A stretch of DNA of 64,000 bases from an uncultured Muribaculaceae bacterium (GTDB lineage: Bacteria > Bacillota_I > Bacilli_A > RF39 > UBA660). The position numbers were made by a program, and so were the translations under genes. The notes under the pieces are model-generated. The model saw only the letters and a list, made by a program, of their open reading frames with translations. It was not told the origin of the DNA and ran no database searches. Positions 1-7,100 of the stretch are shown piece after piece. Every line of letters starts with the position of its first letter. Within the stretch, counting starts at the first letter, position 1. Location of the stretch: positions 6,387 to 70,386 of the forward strand of contig CAZVQX010000003.1 of NCBI GenBank assembly GCA_964629735.1, read 5' to 3'.

Positions 1-792
1 GTTTTAAAAAATAATAACGAGTATTTATATATGCCATATTTAAATTGCGGAAGTATGCATGTTACTACAGAATTAGCCAGAAAAATAAAAGAACAAGATA
101 TAGTAACTGAAGGTGAAGGTCTTTACGAAATGAATGGTGAATTTATATATCGTGGTGAAAATGTAAGAAATTATGTTTTATTTAATGATCGGAAATGGCG
201 TATTTTAAAAATTGATAAAGAAAATAATATAAAAATTTTTGATGAAACATATCGAGATTTATATTCAACTTGGGATGATCGATACAATCCAAACCGTGAA
301 TCAAATGATGGTTATAATAATTTTGAAAAGAGTAGAATTTATAATAAATTAAAAGAATTGTTTAATGACGAAAAATATTTAAGTTCAAAATCAAAAGCGT
401 TAGTTGTGCCAAAAGATTTATGTGTTGGTAAAAGGTCATTAAGTGCTAATGGTGTTGATGGTTCAATTGAATGTTCCGCTAAATTGGAAAATGAGCCATT
501 AGGTTTAATGCAAGTTAATGAATATTTAGTAGTAAGTTTAGAATCAAAGTGCAAAAAAGCCGAAGATAGGATTTGCCAAAATTATAATTATTTAAGTAAT
601 GTTAATGGCAACTGGGCGTCAATCACAGCAATTTTTGAAAACAATTATCAAGTTTATCAAATAACGCCGATAGGTATATTTATATCTACAGCTTCTAATG
701 AGTTAAATGTTCAACCAACTCTTTATCTAACATCAAATTTAATATATAAAGGTGGTATAGGGACATTTGATGACCCATATATAATTAAATAA
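1..792 (+). CDS. C-terminal part of a pilin-like surface protein, partial; paralog of the N-terminal globular domain of the giant prepilin protein at 60824
   Basis: The reading frame is open from base 1 with no stop before the first ATG at 31. Similar to the 60824 protein in the NYVLFNDRKWRILKID / NWVLFGRFDQ..LWRIVKTDDGG block and in the shared ending G(S)GT(F/I)DDPYI(I/L). Confidence 0.5.
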   Translation, partial: VLKNNNEYLYMPYLNCGSMHVTTELARKIKEQDIVTEGEGLYEMNGEFIYRGENVRNYVLFNDRKWRILKIDKENNIKIFDETYRDLYSTWDDRYNPNRESNDGYNNFEKSRIYNKLKELFNDEKYLSSKSKALVVPKDLCVGKRSLSANGVDGSIECSAKLENEPLGLMQVNEYLVVSLESKCKKAEDRICQNYNYLSNVNGNWASITAIFENNYQVYQITPIGIFISTASNELNVQPTLYLTSNLIYKGGIGTFDDPYIIK

Positions 793-811
793 AAGTAAAG
801 GGGTTGATTTT

Positions 812-1135
812 ATGTATCAAGATAGAATTGTTCTAACTGTAAAAGATATATTAGAAAAAGAATTTAAAATTGATACTAGAGGTTTTCGTCCTCAAGAAGT
901 TGATAAATTTCTGGATATTATTATTAGGGATTATGAAGAATTTATATCAATTATAAGAGAACAGGAATTAGAAAAAAAAGAATTAATCGATGATAATATT
1001 AGATTAAAACAAGAAATCCGTTCACTAAAAATGAAATTGGATATCGTTAAAGATAATACAACTGAAATTAGTAGTGCTGATTTACTAAAGAGATTATCTA
1101 ATTTAGAAAAAATAATTTATGGTCGAGATGAATAA
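812..1135 (+). CDS. gpsB: Cell cycle protein GpsB (DivIVA-domain)
   Basis: 107 aa with an N-terminal DivIVA motif (LTVKDILEKEFK..RGF..EVDKFLD) followed by a coiled coil. rnpB lies immediately downstream, as in Bacillus. Confidence 0.85.
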   Translation: MYQDRIVLTVKDILEKEFKIDTRGFRPQEVDKFLDIIIRDYEEFISIIREQELEKKELIDDNIRLKQEIRSLKMKLDIVKDNTTEISSADLLKRLSNLEKIIYGRDE

Positions 1136-1490
1136 TATTTTGACAAACGCTGCATTTTTATAATGTAGAGGAAAGTCCATGCTCGCACTGTCTGAAATGA
1201 CAGTAGTGTTCGTGCACAGGGAAAAAATAACCTGTGGTAGCATTTGCTAACGGCGCCAAAATAACCTAAGTCTTTGGATATGGTTAGATTTGGCATAAAG
1301 TGCCATAGTGACGATGTAGTTTAGAAATAAACTAAGTGGAACGGGTAAACCCCACGAGCGAGAAACCCAAATTATGGTAGGGGAACCTAATAAAGGGAAA
1401 AAACAACTCTTTATAGGATGGTTGAAAAATCATAGATAGATGTTTGTCGCCTAGTAATAGGAACAGAACATGGCTTATAAAATATTATTT
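1131..1490 (+). ncRNA. rnpB: RNase P RNA, type B
   Basis: AGAGGAAAGTCCATGCTCGCAC (P4 5' strand), CCTAAGTCTTTGGATATGG, AAAGTGCCATAGTGACGA and GTGGAACGGGTAAACCCCACGAGCGAGAAACCCAAATTATGGTAGGGGAACC all match Bacillus rnpB almost base for base. P1 pairs AATAATATTT (1131-1140) with AAATATTATT (1480-1489). Confidence 0.85.
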
Positions 1491-1511
1491 GTTTTGATAG
1501 AGAGGTGTTGC

Positions 1512-2000
1512 ATGAAGGAAATCGGTGAAAGGCTTAAAGAAGAACGCGAAAGTATTGGTATTTCAATCGAAGAAGCGGCAGAAGACTTAAAGTTAAGACC
1601 AAGTCAAATTTTAAATATTGAAGAAGGAAATATGGAAGCGTTTCAAGATGTTTTTTATTTAAAATATTTCATTAGGGACTATTCTAAATATCTCGGGTTG
1701 GATTATACGGAGATGGTTGATGAATTTAATGAATTCTTATTTGATTATACATCAAAAATATCATTAGATGATATTAAAGAGGCGCAAAAAAAATATAATA
1801 AAAAAGAGAAAATCAAAAAAATATCTTCTCCATATACATTAGAGAGAAGACAAATATTTAATGTGACACCCATTATTTTATATATTTTAATAATTATTTT
1901 AGTTATTGTATTATTATTTATCTTTTTTTCAAATGAAAAAGATGATTTTAATGAAGACAATATTGTATATAATATTGTTGAGGAGGAGAAAATAAAATGA
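1512..2000 (+). CDS. RodZ-like membrane protein (N-terminal XRE HTH plus one TM), YmfM-like
   Basis: The HTH (IGERLKEERESIGISIEEAAEDLKLRPSQILNIE) is followed by a TM segment. Start re-assigned to ATG 1512 (RBS AGAGGTG) because the track start at 1470 lies inside rnpB. Sits in the Bacillus ymfM-pgsA-recA position. Confidence 0.7.
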   Translation: MKEIGERLKEERESIGISIEEAAEDLKLRPSQILNIEEGNMEAFQDVFYLKYFIRDYSKYLGLDYTEMVDEFNEFLFDYTSKISLDDIKEAQKKYNKKEKIKKISSPYTLERRQIFNVTPIILYILIIILVIVLLFIFFSNEKDDFNEDNIVYNIVEEEKIK

Positions 2001-2611
2001 ATTTACCAAACAAACTAACAATGCTGCGTATATTTTTAACAATGATTATTGTAGCCATTTTAACAATCCCGTTTGATGCAACAGGAATTGTAATTCCGAA
2101 ACTATTTGTTAATGAAGCGATTGTAGTTGATATTAAGTATATTATAGCTGGCGTTTTGTTTATTATAGCATCGCTTACTGATTTTTTGGATGGTTATATT
2201 GCCCGAAAATATAATTTAATTACTGACTTTGGTAAGATGATCGATTCAATCGCTGATAAATTGTTAGTTAATTCTGTTTTAATTATACTAGCAGCTTCAG
2301 GATTTATTAGTGCTTTAATCCCAGTTGTGGTTATATCTAGAGATACTGTAGTTAATGCTATTAAAATGGTTGCAGGTAGCCATGGTAAAGTGGTGGCAGC
2401 TATTTGGATGGGGAAAGTAAAGGCCGCTTGTTTAATGGTTGGTATTTCGTTAACTTTATTTTATAATTTGCCTTTTGAATTATGGAATTTACGAGTAGCA
2501 GATTTTCTCTTAATGATTGCTACAATATTATCTGTAGTGTCAGCTATTCAATATTATAATATGAATAAAAAATATATTTTTTCAAAAGATGAAATTATTG
2601 AAATTGAATAA
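1997..2611 (+). CDS. pgsA: CDP-diacylglycerol--glycerol-3-phosphate 3-phosphatidyltransferase
   Basis: CDP-alcohol phosphatidyltransferase motif DFLDGYIARKYNLITDFGKMIDSIADKLL in a multi-TM protein. Confidence 0.92.
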   Translation: MNLPNKLTMLRIFLTMIIVAILTIPFDATGIVIPKLFVNEAIVVDIKYIIAGVLFIIASLTDFLDGYIARKYNLITDFGKMIDSIADKLLVNSVLIILAASGFISALIPVVVISRDTVVNAIKMVAGSHGKVVAAIWMGKVKAACLMVGISLTLFYNLPFELWNLRVADFLLMIATILSVVSAIQYYNMNKKYIFSKDEIIEIE

Positions 2612-2617
2612 GAAGAG

Positions 2618-2656
2618 AATAAAACCTGTAATAAATTATGGGTTTTTTTATTTTTT
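2618..2656 (+). terminator. Weak rho-independent terminator after pgsA
   Basis: AAAACC..GGGTTTT stem followed by a long T run. Confidence 0.45.
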
Positions 2657-2683
2657 TTGTAAAATTAATACGTTGAAAAAAAT

Positions 2684-2697
2684 CAAACAAATGTTCG
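2684..2697 (+). promoter_or_regulatory. Candidate LexA (Cheo-type) SOS box upstream of recA
   Basis: CAAACAAATGTTCG contains AAC-N4-GTTC, compared with the Gram-positive consensus CGAACATATGTTCG. It lies immediately upstream of the -35 element. Confidence 0.45.
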
Positions 2698-2706
2698 TTT
2701 TATGTA

Positions 2707-2735
2707 TTGACAATTACAAAAAAGTATTATAAAAT
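2707..2735 (+). promoter_or_regulatory. SigA-type promoter of recA
   Basis: TTGACA-N17-TAAAAT. Confidence 0.6.
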
Positions 2736-2762
2736 TAATATATATTGTTAGGAGGAAATATA

Positions 2763-3797
2763 ATGTCAAAAACAGCAAATGATAAAGCTTTAAAACAAGT
2801 ATTATTAGATATTGAAAAACAATTTGGAAAAGGTTCAGTAATGAGACTGGGTGATAATGAACAACTTGAGATTGATGTGACATCGAGCGGCTCTATCGCT
2901 TTGGATATTGCGTTAGGGGTAGGTGGGTATCCGAAAGGTCGAATTATTGAAATATATGGACCGGAATCAAGTGGTAAAACAACTTTCGCTCTCCACGCTA
3001 TAGCAGAGGCTCAAAAACGTGGTGGAACAGTCGCGTTTATTGATGCTGAACATTCACTTGATCCACAGTATGCTGCTAAATTAGGTGTTAATATTGATGA
3101 ATTATTATTATCTCAACCCGATAATGGTGAACAAGCCTTGGAAATTTGTGAGGCTTTGGTAAGAAGTGGGGCAATTAGTACTATTGTTATTGACTCAGTA
3201 GCAGCCCTAGTCCCTAAAGCCGAAATTGAAGGCGAAATGGGCGATTCACATGTAGGTTTACAAGCGCGTTTAATGAGTCAAGCACTACGTAAATTATCTG
3301 GTATAATTAATAAAACAAATACTACCGCCATTTTTATAAATCAACTAAGAGAAAAGGTTGGAATTATTTTTGGTAATCCGGAAGTAACGCCAGGTGGTCG
3401 TGCTCTAAAGTTTTATTCATCAATTAGATTGGAAATAAGAAGACAAGAACAAATAAAAAATGGTAGTGATATCGTTGGTAATAAAACAATTGTCAAGGTT
3501 GTTAAAAACAAGATGGCACCACCGTTTAAAAGTTGTAATGTTGATATAATGTATGGTACCGGAATATCTCGCGAAGGAGAAATTGTTGATTTAGCAAGTG
3601 AGGCGGGTGTTATTGAAAAGAGCGGTGCTTGGTATTCTTACAATGGTGAAAAATTAGGTCAAGGTAAAGAAAATGTTAAAGAGTTATTAAAAAACAATAT
3701 AGAGCTGAAGGAAGACTTAGAATTAAAAATTCGTAATTATTATGGGATTGACAATAAATCTAATAATAAGCCTGTAAATAATAGTGGAACAAAATAA
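2763..3797 (+). CDS. recA: Recombinase RecA
   Basis: Walker [10 protein letters not shown] and the canonical RecA core are present. Start moved to MSKTAND, downstream of RBS AGGAGG. Confidence 0.97.
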   Translation: MSKTANDKALKQVLLDIEKQFGKGSVMRLGDNEQLEIDVTSSGSIALDIALGVGGYPKGRIIEIYGPESSGKTTFALHAIAEAQKRGGTVAFIDAEHSLDPQYAAKLGVNIDELLLSQPDNGEQALEICEALVRSGAISTIVIDSVAALVPKAEIEGEMGDSHVGLQARLMSQALRKLSGIINKTNTTAIFINQLREKVGIIFGNPEVTPGGRALKFYSSIRLEIRRQEQIKNGSDIVGNKTIVKVVKNKMAPPFKSCNVDIMYGTGISREGEIVDLASEAGVIEKSGAWYSYNGEKLGQGKENVKELLKNNIELKEDLELKIRNYYGIDNKSNNKPVNNSGTK

Positions 3798-3832
3798 AAC
3801 ATGATTAAAATTTATTTATTCATGTTTTTTTC
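3798..3832 (+). terminator. Rho-independent terminator after recA
   Basis: AACATGA..TCATGTT hairpin followed by a T run. Confidence 0.75.
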
Positions 3833-3861
3833 TTGACTTATTTTCATATTTTCTTTAAAAT
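3833..3861 (+). promoter_or_regulatory. SigA-type promoter of rny
   Basis: TTGACT-N17-TAAAAT. Confidence 0.55.
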
Positions 3862-3917
3862 GGTATTAGAGTGGAATAGTATTATTTCATTTAATAAATT
3901 ATATGGGGAGGTCAAAT

Positions 3918-5471
3918 ATGGAAAATTTAACTTTCTCCGTATTACAAATCCTTGTAGGATTTTTTGTTGGAATTCTAGTAATGCTTTTTATAAATTATAT
4001 TAAAAATTTAATGTCTTCTCAAAAAAGTAAATCATTAATGGAAGAGGCTTTAAAAGAGGCTTCTAAAATAAAACGTGATTATTTATTAGAGGCAAAAGAA
4101 GAAGCGTATAAATTAAAAAGTGAAATAGAAAAAGAGATTAAAGAGAAAAAAAACGAGATGAAGGAAATGGAGGAACGCTTTATTGTTCGCGAAAACAATA
4201 TTGATAGGCGTGATCAAACACTTCAAAATCGTGAACAAATGTTGGAAGAGCGGGAAAATAATTTAATTGAAAAACAAAAAGAAATCCAAAAGGATTATAT
4301 GGAGATTGAAGAAATTAAAAATGAACAAGTTAAATTACTAGAAAAAATTTCGGGTTTTTCGAAATCCGAGGCAAAAGATTTAGTGTTAAAAAAGGTTGAA
4401 GAAATGATGAATTTGGAAACAGCTGCATATATTAAAGATCGTGAAGAAGAGGCCAAATTAAATGCTGATAAGATAGCTAAAAGCTTATTAGTGAGTTCGA
4501 TGGAGCGATACGCTAGTGACGTTTCTAACGAACAAACTGTTACCGTAGTTAATTTACCAAGTGATGATATGAAAGGACGTATAATAGGCCGTGAAGGGCG
4601 TAATATTAGAACAATTGAAGCTGTTACAGGGGTTGATCTTATTATTGATGATACACCTGAAGCCTTCGTACTGTCTAGCTTTGACCCATTAAGAAGAGAG
4701 ATTGCCCGTGTTACTGTTGAAACATTAATAAAAGATGGAAGAATTCATCCAGGTCGAATTGAAGAAGTTTATGACAAGACTTGTAAAGAGATGAAAGTTA
4801 AAATCAGAGAATATGGTGAATCAGCTTTATTTGAATTAGGGCTTACAAAAGTAAATAGTGAATTAGTAGAATTGCTAGGTAAATTACATTTCCGTACTAG
4901 TTATGGTCAAAATGTTTTAAAACATTCAATTGAGGTTGGACATTTAGCAGGAATATTAGCGGCTGAACTTGGTGAAAATGTTAATTTAGCGAAGAGAGCA
5001 GGATTATTCCATGATATAGGTAAATCTATTGATCATGAGGTAGAGGGAAGTCATGTTGAATTAGGTGCTGAAATTGCTCGTAGATATAATGAATCAGATG
5101 TTGTTATTGATGCTATATCATCTCATCATGGTGATGCTGAACCAAATTCAATTATAGCGGAGTTGGTTGCTATCGCTGATGCATTATCGGCATCTAGACC
5201 TGGCGCTAGAAATGATTCGTTAGAAAATTATATTAAACGTCTGAGTGATTTAGAAAATATCGCCAAAAAAATTGATGGTGTTGATAAATCATTTGCAATT
5301 CAAGCTGGTAGAGAATTAAGGGTAATTGTTAAACCAGAAATAATTGATGATCTAGGTAGTTATAAAATTGCTCGTGATATTAAAACAGAAATTGAAAATG
5401 AATTACAGTATCCAGGTACAATTAAAGTTACAGTAATTCGTGAAACAAGAGCAACAGAAGAGGCAAAATAG
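3918..5471 (+). CDS. rny: Ribonuclease Y
   Basis: N-terminal TM, then coiled coil, KH domain and an HD domain ([16 protein letters not shown]). RBS GGGGAGG; start at MENLTF. Confidence 0.95.
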   Translation: MENLTFSVLQILVGFFVGILVMLFINYIKNLMSSQKSKSLMEEALKEASKIKRDYLLEAKEEAYKLKSEIEKEIKEKKNEMKEMEERFIVRENNIDRRDQTLQNREQMLEERENNLIEKQKEIQKDYMEIEEIKNEQVKLLEKISGFSKSEAKDLVLKKVEEMMNLETAAYIKDREEEAKLNADKIAKSLLVSSMERYASDVSNEQTVTVVNLPSDDMKGRIIGREGRNIRTIEAVTGVDLIIDDTPEAFVLSSFDPLRREIARVTVETLIKDGRIHPGRIEEVYDKTCKEMKVKIREYGESALFELGLTKVNSELVELLGKLHFRTSYGQNVLKHSIEVGHLAGILAAELGENVNLAKRAGLFHDIGKSIDHEVEGSHVELGAEIARRYNESDVVIDAISSHHGDAEPNSIIAELVAIADALSASRPGARNDSLENYIKRLSDLENIAKKIDGVDKSFAIQAGRELRVIVKPEIIDDLGSYKIARDIKTEIENELQYPGTIKVTVIRETRATEEAK

Positions 5472-5485
5472 CCTCTTTTTTCATA

Positions 5486-5511
5486 AAAAAAAGATAATGA
5501 ATTATCTTTTT
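5486..5511. terminator. Bidirectional terminator between rny and the convergent gene
   Basis: Perfect hairpin AAAAAGATAAT-GA-ATTATCTTTTT. Confidence 0.8.
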
Positions 5512-5736
5512 CTAATAATATCTACGGTAACCATAGTATGGTGTATATGTAGGATATGGGTATGGATAAGGGTATGGGGATGGATAGTAATATGGACGGT
5601 TAAAATATGGGGAAATTAATGCGCCGGTTAAACCACCTAATAAAAAAGGCCCAGCAAATCCAGCACCTAAAAAGATGCGGTCATCTTGATCATAGTAAGG
5701 TGATTTGGGATAATTTCCACTTAAATTATTATACAT
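5512..5736 (-). CDS. Small Tyr/Pro-rich low-complexity protein (candidate spore coat protein)
   Basis: 74 aa ending in the YPYPYPYPTYTPYYGYRRYY repeat, with a Gly-rich hydrophobic middle. RBS GAGGAG. Confidence 0.45.
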   Translation of the reverse strand: MYNNLSGNYPKSPYYDQDDRIFLGAGFAGPFLLGGLTGALISPYFNRPYYYPSPYPYPYPYPTYTPYYGYRRYY

Positions 5737-5826
5737 TATGACACTCCTCTCATTTCATATTATTCTATTTTTGTTAAAAGGTGAAATAAATGTGGGATAA
5801 AATCATATATTTATGTAGGTGATTAT

Positions 5827-6681
5827 GTGCAAAATATATTTCAAAAGATTGGAATTTTATCTTTGATTTGTTTGTCCTTTATCTATACTGAGAGAGCGGC
5901 TGTTTTATTAAGAGATAAAGACGAAATTATGGTTAAAATTAAAAGTGCTAATTCGATACATAGTGTTGAACCAGTAAGTGCTATTGTGAAGGACAATACA
6001 ATTATTCCGGGTATTGCTGGTCGAAAAATTAATGCACAGAAAAGTTATCAAAAATTAAAAAAAATTGGATACTTTGATTCGAGTTTTTTAGAATATGAAG
6101 ATGTGTTGCCACAAAATTCAATTAACCAAAGATATGATAAATACATAGTAGGTGCTAATGAGATTAGACAATCAGTAAGCTTTATTTTTATTGTAGAAAA
6201 AGATACAAAAATTGATAGCATTTTAAAAATAATTGATGAAACAAAAATAACGGTTAATTTTTTTGTAGATAGTATTTGGTTTGAAAAAAACAATGAATTA
6301 TTAATTGATCTAATAAAAAATGGGCATAACGTTGGTAATCTGAGTTATAATCGGGATTATGGACATGGTGATTTCATATGGATGAATACAGTTATTAAAA
6401 AAATAGGCGGCCAAAAAAAAGGTTATTGCTATAGTGAAAATATAAATGATAATACTTTAAAATTTTGTGCTTTAAATAAAAATTATACTATAATACCGAC
6501 TATAGCTGTTAAAAAAAGACCGTTTTTAGAAGTAAAAGAAAAGTTAAAAAGTGGTGATATAATATCTTTTCCAGTAAATAAAACGGTAGCTGATGAGTTG
6601 AAAGTTATTATTAATTATATTAAAAGTAAAGGATTAGAGATTGAAAACCTTAGTCAAATATTAGAAGAAAAAAAGAAGTGA
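5827..6681 (+). CDS. Polysaccharide-deacetylase (NodB)-like protein with degenerate catalytic motifs
   Basis: GTG start with RBS AGGTGA. N-terminal hydrophobic segment. NodB-like core TVNFFVDSIWF..GHNVGNLSYN lacks the D-D and second His of the canonical TFDDG/HxxxH motifs. Confidence 0.45.
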   Translation: MQNIFQKIGILSLICLSFIYTERAAVLLRDKDEIMVKIKSANSIHSVEPVSAIVKDNTIIPGIAGRKINAQKSYQKLKKIGYFDSSFLEYEDVLPQNSINQRYDKYIVGANEIRQSVSFIFIVEKDTKIDSILKIIDETKITVNFFVDSIWFEKNNELLIDLIKNGHNVGNLSYNRDYGHGDFIWMNTVIKKIGGQKKGYCYSENINDNTLKFCALNKNYTIIPTIAVKKRPFLEVKEKLKSGDIISFPVNKTVADELKVIINYIKSKGLEIENLSQILEEKKK

Positions 6682-6965
6682 TGTTTTGTTCGCTTTTTTT
6701 AATTGATAAATATTTTTTTAAAAAAACAGCAAAATAAAAAAACATTTATTTTGTGCAATAAAAATGTTGTTATTTACTAACTTGTGAGTATTTTACTATA
6801 AAAAATCCAATGCGTCTTATTCTAAAAAAATAAAAAAAATGCTTTAAACCATTGTATGTGTTGACTTAAACAATGCTGATTATGAAAATCAGTTGACTTT
6901 ATAGTTGGATTTTTTCTTTTAAAATTACATTTTCAATTTATTAATAACTCTAAAAAAACTTTTTT

Positions 6966-6983
6966 TTACAACTAATGTTGTAA
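6966..6983 (+). promoter_or_regulatory. Palindrome TTACAAC-TAAT-GTTGTAA in the nrdD leader (candidate NrdR box)
   Basis: Perfect 7-bp inverted repeat of the ACA...TGT AT-rich type. Confidence 0.35.
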
Positions 6984-7038
6984 TATAAGGGGTAACTCGA
7001 TTTTGATAAAAAAACTAAAAAAATGTTTGCTTTTCTGT

Positions 7039-7067
7039 TTGACTTTTACAAAAAAAACATCTATAAT
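7039..7067 (+). promoter_or_regulatory. SigA-type promoter of nrdDG
   Basis: TTGACT-N17-TATAAT. Confidence 0.6.
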
Positions 7068-7087
7068 GAATTTATAATTATAGATGT
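7057..7087 (+). promoter_or_regulatory. 31-bp palindrome overlapping the nrdD -10 (candidate NrdR operator)
   Basis: ACATCTATAAT-gaatttata-ATTATAGATGT, perfect 11-bp arms. Confidence 0.4.
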
Positions 7088-7100
7088 GGAGGATGTTAAA

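Noticed and set aside
339-554. Short antisense ORFs nested in coding genes (339-554, 1745-1960, 6048-6293, 7131-7352, 8179-8373, 9491-9694, 10688-10891, 22967-23244, 33197-33535, 35416-36132, 42145-42477, 44565-44771, 50886-51131, 62033-63497 and similar)
   Set aside because: They sit entirely inside well-supported genes on the other strand or frame, lack an RBS, and have low-complexity AT-codon translations. These are typical spurious ORFs in AT-rich DNA.
1470-1511. Track ORF start MAYKILFVLIERCC for the RodZ-like gene
   Set aside because: These codons lie inside the 3' end of rnpB, including the P1 strand. An RBS plus ATG at 1512 fits better.
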